Shown in pieces: positions 8,673 through 18,130 of a DNA stretch of 42,087 nucleotides. Every line of letters starts with the position of its first letter. The stretch's first letter is position 1. The notes beneath the pieces are model-generated. The model saw nothing but the letters and a program-made list of their open reading frames with translations, was not told the origin of the DNA and did no database searches. This DNA comes from a virus. Both the position numbers and the translations under genes were made by a program. The DNA lies in UHGV virus genome UHGV-1352645, one strand, 5' to 3'.

Positions 8673-9351
8673 AAACTTGCCTGGAACTACGGGTATCACG
8701 GTCCTGAGGCGTGATTGGGTTGTGGTGGCCGGCGCTGATCTCCGGCTTAGTGACGATAGGCGTATTGCGACGCCTCGTTTTACATCTTGTCCGAATTGCC
8801 GAACTCTATAACCTTCCAGGAATGGTTATATGGCTTTATCGGTCTTGCCAGCGCCCTAAGTGATGCTCACGCATTATCTGACAAGTTCTCGTTCACCTGA
8901 TTAGCGCATCAGCCTGCGCATTCACCACAACGGAAAGAGCACTGCGGCGGAATCGAACCGCATCTGCATAAGCCGCATTTCCCAGATATGCTACTTACAA
9001 TGCCCTTACCTGTTGTGAAGGTTTGCAGAGGACGCATTAACACGGCACTTTGGCTCGTCTCCATTTCTGGAGGGTCGCAAGCATTTCACTCTGCTCAGCT
9101 TGCTGTCTTAAATATCCTCGTCTCTTCCGAGGTGTCACACCGTACCGCCACGATGGTGAGTCGCTGTCGTGCATGCAGGGCATGGCTTTCACATTCCGGC
9201 TACCCGCTGGGCCATGTACCAAGGAGCCCTCGGACCGCTATCGGCGCATGTGCCATACGCCGGATGCTTTCACACCTGGAAGCGCACTCCGCCATCTGAG
9301 TAACGACAAAGCCACCAATGGAAGGGAGTGGGGTGCGCTTTCATGTTGTGT

Positions 9352-9366
9352 TTACCAAAAAGGTAA
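9352..9366. promoter_or_regulatory. TTACCAAAAAGGTAA palindrome upstream of the structural operon
   Basis: Exact motif instance about 90 nt before the gp6.7-like gene. Confidence 0.5.
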
Positions 9367-9457
9367 TAATTTATCGTCAAAAGGTCAATACACTACGACA
9401 AATAAATCATATGTGGTTAAATTGGTAATAATTTAAACGCGTATGGAGCGCAGCAAA

Positions 9458-9661
9458 ATGTGCATCAGCAAGCCGAAAGTGAGTTCTCCGCAGGTTCAGG
9501 CGGCGCCGCAGGTTTCCGATTCTGCTGTACAGAACGCCGCCGATAGCGATCGTCGTCGCCGTGCCGCAGCGGGCGGGCAGAAATCAACAATCCTGACGTC
9601 GAGCCAGGGTGTAACGCAGCCTTCTGGCGGTACTCAGGGTAAGACCCTGCTCGGGGCGTAA
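9458..9661 (+). CDS. T7 gp6.7-like small virion protein
   Basis: N-terminus MCISKPKV resembles T7 gp6.7 (MCFSPKIK), with low-complexity Q/S/A-rich composition. GGAGCG Shine-Dalgarno; the track ORF starts at 9443. Confidence 0.4.
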   Translation: MCISKPKVSSPQVQAAPQVSDSAVQNAADSDRRRRAAAGGQKSTILTSSQGVTQPSGGTQGKTLLGA

Positions 9662-9664
9662 TCC

Positions 9665-11344
9665 ATGGCCGAACTCTCTCCGAAACAGCATTACCTCAAA
9701 CACCTGGGGCAGCTCAAAAATGAGCGCACCAGCTTTGAGGAGCACTGGCGCGAACTGGCGGAATTTATTGATCCGCGCAGCACGCGCTTTCTTACGACGG
9801 AGAGAAACAACGGCAGCAAGCGTAATACCCGCATCGTTGACCCTACCGCCTCCAAAGCTGCCCGCACTCTGCAATCAGGCATGCTGTCAGGTATCACCAG
9901 CCCAACCCGCCCATGGTTTAAGCTGGCAACGCCGGATCCGGAGATGATGCAATATGGACCGGTAAAACGCTGGCTTGATGTGGTCATGACCAGGATGAAC
10001 GACGTCATGAACCGCTCTAACGTCTACCAGTCCCTGCCGATTATCTACCGGCACCTTGGTGTTTTTGGTACCGCGGCTATGGCGGTTCTCGAAGACGACG
10101 AAGATGTGATTCGTACTCATCCTCTGCCGATCGGAAGTTACTACCTGTCAAACTCGCATCGTTTGTCAGTCGATACCACGTATCGCGTTTTCTCCATGAC
10201 TGCCCGCCAGATTGTTATGCAGTTTGGCCTGGACAATGTCAGTAACGCCGTGCGCGGCGCCTGGGATAACGCGAACTATGAAGCATGGTTCGATGTGGTC
10301 CATCTGACAGAGCCCAATATCGATCGTGTGAATGGCAAGCTGAACTCCCGCAACAAGGCATTCAAATCGGTGTATTTCGAGTTGTCCGGAGACGGTGACA
10401 AGCTCCTTCGTGAGGCTGGTTTTGATGAGCCGCCTATCCTTTCACCGCGCTGGGAGATTAACGGGGAGGACGTTTACGGGAGCAACTGCCCGGGAATGAT
10501 GGCGCTCGGTACTGGTAAGGCGCTGCAGCTGGAGCAAATTCGCAAAGCTAACGCGATCGATAAGCTTGTTAACCCGCCAATGGTGGCCCCGACAGGTCTT
10601 AAAAATAAGCTGATCAACCTTGCCCCTGGCGGAGTTACTTATGTCGATGAGGTTGATGCTACCAAGCTAGTGCGTCCGGCTTACGCCGTCAGCCCGCAGC
10701 TTAATGACATGCTCGGCAGCATTGCTGATGATCGCCAAATGATTGAAGCCTGCTTCTTCTCTGACCTGTTTAACCTGTTCAGCACCATCAACACCAGGAG
10801 CATGCCAGTGGAAGCTGTGGCCGCAATGCAGGATGAGAAACTCCTGCAGCTTGGTCCAGTCCTGGAGCGACTTAATGATGAATTCCTTGATCCTTTCGTT
10901 GATCGCACATTCAACATCATGGCGCGCCGCAACCTCTTTCCTGAGCCACCGGAAGAACTACAGGGCACTCCTCTGAAAGTTGAATATGTCTCCATTTTGG
11001 CACAGGCCCAAAAATCCATAGGGATCAGCAGCGTTGAGCGCTTTGTTGGCTTTGTTGGGAATCTTGCAAAAGCCAATCCTGCGGCGCTCGACAAACTCAA
11101 TATCGACCAGACGATTGACGAGTACGGAAATATGCTCGGCGTCCCGGCCACGATCGTTAACTCTGATGATGAGGTGCAAGCTACGCGCGAGCAGCGTGCT
11201 CAAATGGAGCAACAGCAGCAGATGATGGCTATGGCCCAGCAAGCTGGCGCAACCGCTAAGACCCTGAGCGATACCAACACCGCTGACCCTAGCCTGTTAA
11301 AAACCCTCTCTGATGCTGCTCAGCAGCCGGCGGTGACGCAATGA
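9665..11344 (+). CDS. Portal (head-to-tail connector) protein, T7 gp8-like
   Basis: 559 aa with a C-terminal Q-rich tail (EQQQQMMAMAQQAGA) as in T7 gp8. Gene order matches T7. Confidence 0.8.
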   Translation: MAELSPKQHYLKHLGQLKNERTSFEEHWRELAEFIDPRSTRFLTTERNNGSKRNTRIVDPTASKAARTLQSGMLSGITSPTRPWFKLATPDPEMMQYGPVKRWLDVVMTRMNDVMNRSNVYQSLPIIYRHLGVFGTAAMAVLEDDEDVIRTHPLPIGSYYLSNSHRLSVDTTYRVFSMTARQIVMQFGLDNVSNAVRGAWDNANYEAWFDVVHLTEPNIDRVNGKLNSRNKAFKSVYFELSGDGDKLLREAGFDEPPILSPRWEINGEDVYGSNCPGMMALGTGKALQLEQIRKANAIDKLVNPPMVAPTGLKNKLINLAPGGVTYVDEVDATKLVRPAYAVSPQLNDMLGSIADDRQMIEACFFSDLFNLFSTINTRSMPVEAVAAMQDEKLLQLGPVLERLNDEFLDPFVDRTFNIMARRNLFPEPPEELQGTPLKVEYVSILAQAQKSIGISSVERFVGFVGNLAKANPAALDKLNIDQTIDEYGNMLGVPATIVNSDDEVQATREQRAQMEQQQQMMAMAQQAGATAKTLSDTNTADPSLLKTLSDAAQQPAVTQ

Positions 11345-11646
11345 CTGATTACCTGAGCGAAGAAGAGCGTGAAGAACTGGCAGCAGATGAGCTCAAAAGG
11401 CAGCAGTTACGGCGCGAGAACGAACTTAATGACCTGCGCCTCATCTGCGAGACAGAACACGGCCGCCGTTTCATCTGGCGCCTGATTGAGCAGGCTGGAG
11501 TGTGGCGTACGACTTATACCGGTGAGGCGCTCTCGGCAGCCTTCGCCGAAGGAAAACGTAACACGGGACTGAAAGTCTTTTCCGACGTGATGGAAGCGTG
11601 TCCCGATCAGTATCTGGCAATGGCCAAAGAGGCCAGCGAGGAATAG
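11341..11646 (+). CDS. Hypothetical protein (101 aa) between portal and scaffold
   Basis: ATGA-coupled to the portal stop. Confidence 0.35.
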   Translation: MTDYLSEEEREELAADELKRQQLRRENELNDLRLICETEHGRRFIWRLIEQAGVWRTTYTGEALSAAFAEGKRNTGLKVFSDVMEACPDQYLAMAKEASEE

Positions 11647-11648
11647 CG

Positions 11649-12326
11649 ATGAATTTATTTGAGCGTCTGATGTATCGGCGTTTGTGCAATGAGCAGCCTG
11701 CAGATGGTGGAGCATCTCCAGCAGCATCCGAACCATCCCCGGCTCCTGCGGCTGAGCAATCTGAAGCAGCGCAACAACCAGCAGCAGATCCAGAACCTTC
11801 GCCAACTGATGGTGATAAACCTGATCCGACTGGCGATAAGCCAGCTCCTTCTGCTGAGCCATCGGTTCCAGAAAAATATGAACTAACGGCACCTGAAGGC
11901 ACTGAGCTGGACTCAAAAGCTGTTGAGCTGTTTGAGCCCGTGGCGCGCGAGCTTGGTCTTTCTAATGACCAGGCGCAGAAGTTGGCTGGACTGTGGCCAC
12001 AACTGCAGGAGCAAATCCAGAACCGCCAGGCTGAGTCGTGGGGGCAGCAGGTTGAACAGTGGGCAGCTGACACGAAGGCTGACAAAGAAATCGGTGGCGA
12101 CAAATTAACGGTATCCGTCGGACACGCGCAGAAGGCGCTGGATACCTTCGCATCGAAAGAGTTCCGCGAATTCCTTGACTCGACCGGCCTGGGTAACCAC
12201 CCGGAAATGGTTCGGGCGTTCGCAAAGGTAGGCAAGTTGATGAGTGAAGACAGTTTCGTCACTGGCCAGGGTAACGGATCGCCGAAAAACGATCTGGTCG
12301 AAGCGTTTTATCCAAGCAAAAAATAG
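11649..12326 (+). CDS. Capsid scaffolding protein (gp9-like)
   Basis: Acidic, Pro/Ala/Glu-rich N-terminal half and helical C-terminal half. GAGGAA Shine-Dalgarno; lies between portal and capsid genes. The track ORF extends upstream to 11598. Confidence 0.55.
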   Translation: MNLFERLMYRRLCNEQPADGGASPAASEPSPAPAAEQSEAAQQPAADPEPSPTDGDKPDPTGDKPAPSAEPSVPEKYELTAPEGTELDSKAVELFEPVARELGLSNDQAQKLAGLWPQLQEQIQNRQAESWGQQVEQWAADTKADKEIGGDKLTVSVGHAQKALDTFASKEFREFLDSTGLGNHPEMVRAFAKVGKLMSEDSFVTGQGNGSPKNDLVEAFYPSKK

Positions 12327-12338
12327 TGAGGTGTAATC

Positions 12339-13346
12339 ATGGCTTTAATTGGTCAGACGCTGCCTTCTCTTCTTGACGTGTACAGCCGTACCGACAAGAA
12401 CGGGCGGATCGCTAAAATCGTCGAGCAACTGGCGAAAAGCAACGATGTCATTACCGATGCGATTTACGTGCCGTGTAATGACGGTTCCAAGCACAAAACC
12501 ACCATTCGTGCCGGTATTCCCGAGCCGGTGTGGCGCCGTTACAACCAGGGCGTGCAGCCTACCAAAACCCAGACCGTTCCGGTGACTGACACTACCGGTA
12601 TGCTGTACGACCTTGGCTTTGTGGACAAAGACCTGGCCGATCGCTCCGGTAATGCGGACTCGTTCCGCGTGTCCGAGAACATGGGCAAGCTGCAGGGCTT
12701 TAACAACAAAGTTTCCCGCTACACCTTCTACGGCAATACCGATGCTGAGCCGGAAGCGTTCATGGGTCTGGCTCCGCGCTTCAACACTCTGAGCACTTCC
12801 AAAGCGGCCAGCGCGGAGAACGTATTCAGCGCCGGTGGTAGTGGTTCTACCAATACCTCCATCTGGTTCATGTCCTGGGGTGAGAACACTGCGCACATGA
12901 TCTATCCGGAAGGTATGGTCGCCGGGTTCCAGCATCAGGATCTGGGTAATGACCTGGTCAGCGATGCTAACGGCGGTCAGTTCCTGGCTTACCGTGATGA
13001 GTTCAAATGGCATCTCGGCCTGTCAGTCCGTGACTGGCGTTCGATCTCGCGCATCTGCAACATCGATGTCACCACCTTGACCAAAGATGCTGCAACCGGC
13101 GCCGACCTCATCAGCATGATGGTTGATGCGTACTACGCGCGTGATGTAGCAATGCTGGGCGATGGTAAAGAGGTCATCTACTGCAACAAGACCATCCATG
13201 CCTGGCTGCACAAGCAGGCTATGAATGCGAAAAACGTTAACCTGACGATCGACGAATATGCCGGTAAGAAAATCGTTTCTTTCCTGGGTATTCCGATCCG
13301 TCGCGCTGACGCCATCCTGAATACTGAATCAGCCGTAACGGCGTAA
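12339..13346 (+). CDS. Major capsid protein
   Basis: 335 aa in the canonical position after the scaffold. It is followed by a strong terminator about 700 bp downstream. Confidence 0.7.
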   Translation: MALIGQTLPSLLDVYSRTDKNGRIAKIVEQLAKSNDVITDAIYVPCNDGSKHKTTIRAGIPEPVWRRYNQGVQPTKTQTVPVTDTTGMLYDLGFVDKDLADRSGNADSFRVSENMGKLQGFNNKVSRYTFYGNTDAEPEAFMGLAPRFNTLSTSKAASAENVFSAGGSGSTNTSIWFMSWGENTAHMIYPEGMVAGFQHQDLGNDLVSDANGGQFLAYRDEFKWHLGLSVRDWRSISRICNIDVTTLTKDAATGADLISMMVDAYYARDVAMLGDGKEVIYCNKTIHAWLHKQAMNAKNVNLTIDEYAGKKIVSFLGIPIRRADAILNTESAVTA

Positions 13347-13355
13347 GGGGGGATC

Positions 13356-13748
13356 ATGCTGCTCGACCAGCAAGCGCTTTTTTCCGCAGCTCAGGCCATT
13401 ACGGCCACGGCTGCTTCGACCAACGTCATTGATACCGGCAGCAATAAAGATGTCGGTAAATATGGCGATATCCCGCTGCTTATCCAGGTAGTTGAAGGTT
13501 TCAACAACCTGACCAGCCTGACTGTGACGGTGCAAACCGATGACAACTCTGCATTCAGTTCCGCTGCGGACGTTCTGTCCATGACGATCCCTCTGGCGTC
13601 TCTGGTGCTGGGCTATAAGTCGCCGGTTATCACGTTGCCGATGAAGATGGAACGCTACATCCGTCTGAACTATACGGTGACTGGTACTGCGCCGACCACT
13701 GGCAAAGTCACTGCGGGTATCACCGGAGGCGTGCAAACCAATGCCTGA
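13356..13748 (+). CDS. Hypothetical virion-associated protein (possible minor capsid or decoration protein)
   Basis: GGGGGG Shine-Dalgarno; Thr/Val-rich beta-type composition. Confidence 0.35.
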   Translation: MLLDQQALFSAAQAITATAASTNVIDTGSNKDVGKYGDIPLLIQVVEGFNNLTSLTVTVQTDDNSAFSSAADVLSMTIPLASLVLGYKSPVITLPMKMERYIRLNYTVTGTAPTTGKVTAGITGGVQTNA

Positions 13749-14019
13749 GTACAAAGTCGCTAAGCGGTCATTCATCAATGGCCGCCTGCATGAGCCGGGC
13801 GACATCGTTACCTACGACGGTGAGCCGGGAAGTAATCTGGTTTCCGTTGATGCCAGCCTGAGCGAAAAGATTGTCCCGGCCAGTGCAGAAGAGTTAACCG
13901 AGCTCGACGATTTGCGCAAACAGTATGAAGAAATGTTCGGCGAAGCGCCGCATTTCAATACCAAAGCGGAAACTCTGAAGGCGAAGATCGCCGAAAGGCG
14001 AAAAGAACTCGGGGTGTAA
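13741..14019 (+). CDS. Hypothetical protein (92 aa)
   Basis: Start overlaps the upstream gene. Confidence 0.3.
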   Translation: MPEYKVAKRSFINGRLHEPGDIVTYDGEPGSNLVSVDASLSEKIVPASAEELTELDDLRKQYEEMFGEAPHFNTKAETLKAKIAERRKELGV

Positions 14020-14031
14020 GCCCTCATAACC

Positions 14032-14056
14032 AAAGGGGCGAAAGCCCCTTTTTAGT
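14032..14056 (+). terminator. Rho-independent terminator AAAGGGGC-GAAA-GCCCCTTT plus T-run after the capsid gene block
   Basis: Perfect 8-bp stem, GAAA tetraloop, T-run. Confidence 0.65.
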
Positions 14057-14067
14057 TGGTGGATGAT

Positions 14068-14679
14068 ATGGCATCAGTGATCAATATCTGCAATATCGCG
14101 CTGGCACGTATAGGCAACAGCCGGACGATTAATAGCCTCACCGAAAAGACCAAAGAGGCATATACCTGCAACCTGTTTTACGAGTCCATGCGCGACGCAG
14201 TTCTGGCAGACAACGACTGGAACTTTGCCATGTCGCGCGTTGTCCTGGCTGACCTTGGCGACCCTGCGCCGGGATGGTTGTTCCGGTATCAGTACCCGAC
14301 CGACTGCGCGCGCATAGCTGCCATATTACCGAAGTGGTTCACTGGGTCTCATATCGTTCTGCAGGATAAGCCTGTTTTTGAAGTTGGCAGCAATGAAGAT
14401 GGCACTGGCCGCGTCATTCATACCAATGAGTCTCAGGCGGTACTGCTATACGTGAAAAGCATTACTGACCCGACGATGTTTGATGCCCTGTTCGCTGATG
14501 CGCTTTCGTGGCGTATGGCGGCAGAAATAGCCATGCCTATCGCGGCAAATGCCAGTCTCGGCCAGCAGGCAATGGCCAATTATCAGCAGGTGCTTACGGC
14601 GGCCATGCAACGCTCTCTGGATGAGGCACATGAACCGCAGCAAGCGATGTCAGACCTTGCTAGTGCGAGGATCTGCTGA
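14068..14679 (+). CDS. Tail tubular protein A (T7 gp11-like)
   Basis: N-terminus VINICNIALARIGNSRTINSL...NDWNF resembles T7 gp11 (VNDILASIGEPPVSTL...RGWTF). Confidence 0.6.
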   Translation: MASVINICNIALARIGNSRTINSLTEKTKEAYTCNLFYESMRDAVLADNDWNFAMSRVVLADLGDPAPGWLFRYQYPTDCARIAAILPKWFTGSHIVLQDKPVFEVGSNEDGTGRVIHTNESQAVLLYVKSITDPTMFDALFADALSWRMAAEIAMPIAANASLGQQAMANYQQVLTAAMQRSLDEAHEPQQAMSDLASARIC

Positions 14680-17156
14680 TGGCTTATTCACTGGTGCAGC
14701 CGTCGCTGGCTGGCGGCGAGATATCGCCTTCACTGTATGGTCGAATCGATCTTGAAAAATACCAGACGTCATTGCGCCGCTGCCGCAATTTCATCGTCCG
14801 GCAGTCAGGCGGCATTGAAAATCGTCCCGGGTTCCGGTTCCTTGGGAGCGCGAAATATGCAGACCGTTACTGCCGGCTAATACCTTTCCAGTTCAGCGTA
14901 TCGCAAACCTATGCGCTCGAGCTCGGTGATCACTATTTCCGTGTCTGGTCTAACGGCGCGCTGGTTACGGACGGCGGCAGCCCTGTTGAAGTTGCTACCC
15001 CATGGCCGGTTAGCGTCATCTCTGAGCTGAAATTTACGCAGTCTGCCGATGTGATGACGGTGTGCCACAACGATTATCCGCCGCTTGAGATCCGCCGTTA
15101 CGGAGAGGCTGACTGGCGCACCGCCGCAGTGACAACAACCAGCGGGCCATTCCAGGACCTGAACACAGACGACTCGGTAACTGTGTACGCCTCAGGCCGA
15201 ACTGGATCCGTAACGTTGACTGCCAGCAGCCCGATTTTCAAAAGCCAGCACGTGGGAAAACTGTTCTACATGGAACAGAAAGCGGTAGATAGTGTTGGTC
15301 GGTGGGAAACCGATAAAGACATCGGGATCGGTGACGAGTGCCGATATCAGGAGAACTTTTATCGCTGTGTTGACGGCGGTTCTAATGGCACCACCGGCAC
15401 TGTTGCTCCGACCCATACAACGGGAGATTCCTGGGATGGCTGGGGTCTTGGTGGCCGTAACGGTGTGCTGTGGCGCTATCTGCATAGTGGTTTTGGCGTG
15501 TGCCGTATTACTGCCGTCGCCGGAGATGGACTAACTGCAACGGCCGACGTTGTGCCACGTCAGGATGGTGAGATCGAGCTGCCAGCGCAAGTGGTAGGTA
15601 GCACCTTCGCCACTTACAAATGGGCGCATTATGCCTGGAACGATACAGACGGCTACCCGGGTACAGTTACCTATTACCAGCAGCGGCTGATTTTCGGCGG
15701 CAGCCTGGCATTTCCTCAAACTATATGGTGTAGCCGTACCGGTGATTATCACAACTTCTATCGCAGCAACCCGAAGGTTGACGACGATGCGATAACCTAT
15801 AACTACGCCGGTCGCCAGCTGAACAAAATCCTGCATCTTCTCGATGTCGGTCAGCTTATCGTGCTGACCAGCGGCGGAGAGTTCAAGGTGACAGGCGACA
15901 GCAACGGCAACCTGACGGGAACCGGTGGCTTTGCGATGTCCGGTCAGTCGTTCAACGGTAGCAGCGATCTGGCACCAATCAACGTTGGTAGCGTTGCACT
16001 GTACGTTCAGCAGAAAGGCTCCATCATCCGTGACCTGTTTTACTCATTCGACCAGGACAGCTATCAATCCAGTGATCTGACCCTCCTTGCCAGTCATCTG
16101 TTTAACGGTTACAGCATCAGGGATTGGGCCTTGTCTGTACAGCCGTTCAGCGTTGCATGGTGTGCGAGGAGTGATGGCATGCTTCTTGGGCTGACTTATC
16201 TCCGTGAGCAGCAGGTATATGCCTGGCATCCGCACCCGATGACTAATGGCTATGTCGAATCGATCTGCAGTATTAGCGAAGGGCAGGAAGATGCGGTCTA
16301 TGCGCTTATTCGCCGTACGGTGAATGGATCGACAGTTCGTTATGTTGAGCGACTGAATACCCGGCAGTTTACGGAGCAGCAGGATGCATTTTTCGTAGAT
16401 TCCGGGCTGTCATACAGCGGAGAAAATACCGATTCGACACGCACGATGACGATTAGCACCGCTGGTGGCTGGACCTACCAGGATGAATTCACGCTAACGT
16501 GCAGCTCTGCAATCTTCGACTCATCGAGCACTGATTACGAGATCCATATTCCCTACACCGAAGGCGGTGTCAGCAAATCGATGCGTTTGAGCATTGCTGG
16601 TGTTATCTCATCAACAGTGGCTACCGTATTAGCAAACCGTGATGTGCCGACAGCGCTGCGCAACACTGCGCAATCAACATGGTCGATAGCACGTCGGACA
16701 TTTGCGGGACTGTCTCACCTCGAGGGGCAGGCGGTTAGCATTCTTGCCGACGGTAACGTTGAACCTCAGCAGGTTGTATCAGGTGGCGAAGTGACGATCG
16801 AAAACCACTCGTCAGTGGTGCATATCGGTTTGCCGGTAGCCGCGGTTATCGAAACGCTGGACGTGAATGTTGCAGGGCAGTCTACGCTGCTGGATAAGAC
16901 CAAACTCATCAATCAGCTTTGCGTAATGCTCAACAGCGGGCGCTCGGTTTGGGCCGGAACAGATGATGCTCACTTACTGGAGTATACCCAGCGTGAGTGG
17001 GAATTCTACGACGACCCGGTAGGGCTAAAGACGGGCATCATCGATATGAACCTCGATGCAAACTGGGAGCGTAACGGGCGGGTTGTAATTAGCCATTCCG
17101 ATCCGCTGCCGCTTGGCATTCTGGCCATTATACCGCGCGTAACGGTAGGGGGCTGA
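14679..17156 (+). CDS. Tail tubular protein B (T7 gp12-like)
   Basis: 825 aa. N-terminal AGGEISPSLYGRIDLEKYQTSLRRCRNF...RPGF is similar to the T7 gp12 N-terminus. Confidence 0.75.
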   Translation: MAYSLVQPSLAGGEISPSLYGRIDLEKYQTSLRRCRNFIVRQSGGIENRPGFRFLGSAKYADRYCRLIPFQFSVSQTYALELGDHYFRVWSNGALVTDGGSPVEVATPWPVSVISELKFTQSADVMTVCHNDYPPLEIRRYGEADWRTAAVTTTSGPFQDLNTDDSVTVYASGRTGSVTLTASSPIFKSQHVGKLFYMEQKAVDSVGRWETDKDIGIGDECRYQENFYRCVDGGSNGTTGTVAPTHTTGDSWDGWGLGGRNGVLWRYLHSGFGVCRITAVAGDGLTATADVVPRQDGEIELPAQVVGSTFATYKWAHYAWNDTDGYPGTVTYYQQRLIFGGSLAFPQTIWCSRTGDYHNFYRSNPKVDDDAITYNYAGRQLNKILHLLDVGQLIVLTSGGEFKVTGDSNGNLTGTGGFAMSGQSFNGSSDLAPINVGSVALYVQQKGSIIRDLFYSFDQDSYQSSDLTLLASHLFNGYSIRDWALSVQPFSVAWCARSDGMLLGLTYLREQQVYAWHPHPMTNGYVESICSISEGQEDAVYALIRRTVNGSTVRYVERLNTRQFTEQQDAFFVDSGLSYSGENTDSTRTMTISTAGGWTYQDEFTLTCSSAIFDSSSTDYEIHIPYTEGGVSKSMRLSIAGVISSTVATVLANRDVPTALRNTAQSTWSIARRTFAGLSHLEGQAVSILADGNVEPQQVVSGGEVTIENHSSVVHIGLPVAAVIETLDVNVAGQSTLLDKTKLINQLCVMLNSGRSVWAGTDDAHLLEYTQREWEFYDDPVGLKTGIIDMNLDANWERNGRVVISHSDPLPLGILAIIPRVTVGG

Positions 17157-17157
17157 T

Positions 17158-17628
17158 ATGCGGAAAGTTGAGATAGTCAGCGTTACTGACGAGCATATCT
17201 GCGCCATTCTCCCGCATGTCCGCCAGGCAGACCACGATGAGTTTATGGCTGCCGCCGGGATGACTCCGGAGGAAGTCATCAATCGAGCCATGAAAAGCGC
17301 TTCGGTAGCCGCTGCAGGGATGATTAACGGCCAGGTGGTAACCATCTTCGGTATATCTCCGGCATCGATCATCACCGGACGAGGTATTCCGTGGCTGGTT
17401 AGCACCGACCATATTGAGCATCAGCCACTGACATTCCTCCGCCATTGCCGACCGGTTCTTCGTGACATGTCACGTGGATATCGCGTGCTTGAAAATTACG
17501 TCGATGCACGCAACCACGCGGCTAAAGCCTGGCTTCACTGGATGGGATTCACCCTTGCCGACCCTGAGCCATACGGATTGATGAGAATGCCTTTCCACCA
17601 TTTCATTAAGGAAATTGACCATGTGTGA
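17158..17628 (+). CDS. Hypothetical virion or assembly protein at the T7 gp13 position
   Basis: 156-aa ORF coupled to its neighbours. It contains the GTGACATGTCAC palindrome. Confidence 0.35.
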   Translation: MRKVEIVSVTDEHICAILPHVRQADHDEFMAAAGMTPEEVINRAMKSASVAAAGMINGQVVTIFGISPASIITGRGIPWLVSTDHIEHQPLTFLRHCRPVLRDMSRGYRVLENYVDARNHAAKAWLHWMGFTLADPEPYGLMRMPFHHFIKEIDHV

Positions 17629-18118
17629 ACCAGCTACCGCAGCACTAGCCGTAACCGCAGTTGCTGGCGGTCTCAGCGCTTACAGTCAGATCCAGACGGG
17701 CCGCGCCAATGCCGCGCTGGCGAACGCCAACGCCGACGCGCAGGAGCAGGCCGCCCGCGACACTGTCAACACCGCCAATGATCAGGCTTACCAGCAGCGC
17801 CAGCAGGCCCGGCGGGTTGCCGGGCAGCAGACCGTTGCGCTGGCAACCGGCGGCGCCGACCTGACCAGCGGCAATGCGCTGGACCTGACAACTGAAACCA
17901 TGCAGCAGGGCACGCTTGACGCGCTGACCACCATCAACAATGGCCAGCGACAGGCCGCCGGGTTGCAGTTCCAGGCTGATACCAGCCGCGCTCAAGGGAA
18001 AATTGATAAGCAGTCCGGAATGCTTGGCGCAGGTTCAACACTGCTCAACTCCACGCTGACCGGTCTTAATGCATACAAGACACTGGGCGGTACCTGGAAG
18101 CCGCTTTCCGCTAAGTAA
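17621..18118 (+). CDS. Internal virion protein B (T7 gp14-like)
   Basis: Starts MC..., with Ala/Gln-rich composition and similar length to T7 gp14. AAGGAA Shine-Dalgarno. Confidence 0.5.
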   Translation: MCEPATAALAVTAVAGGLSAYSQIQTGRANAALANANADAQEQAARDTVNTANDQAYQQRQQARRVAGQQTVALATGGADLTSGNALDLTTETMQQGTLDALTTINNGQRQAAGLQFQADTSRAQGKIDKQSGMLGAGSTLLNSTLTGLNAYKTLGGTWKPLSAK

Positions 18119-18130
18119 AAGGAGCTGACT

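Noticed and set aside
8947-8961. Possible tRNA gene (GGTTCGATTCC T-loop-like sequence on the minus strand)
   Set aside because: Could not assemble a full cloverleaf: no matching 7-bp acceptor stem, D-arm or anticodon arm within 80 nt. Kept only as a tRNA-fragment-like motif inside the finding on the ORF-free region.
8988-9436. ORFs 8988..9299 (+), 9050..9436 (+) and 9037..9222 (-) in the large intergenic region
   Set aside because: Cys/Arg/His-rich, no Shine-Dalgarno sequences, mutually overlapping on both strands. Typical of random ORFs in GC-rich noncoding DNA. The region is treated as noncoding.
12339-13748. Capsid gene and the downstream 130-aa ORF are in the same frame separated by a single TAA (possible readthrough-extended capsid like T7 10B)
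   Set aside because: The downstream ORF has its own strong GGGGGG Shine-Dalgarno and ATG, so independent initiation is the simpler explanation. T7 10B arises by frameshift, not readthrough. The in-frame coincidence has a 1-in-3 prior.
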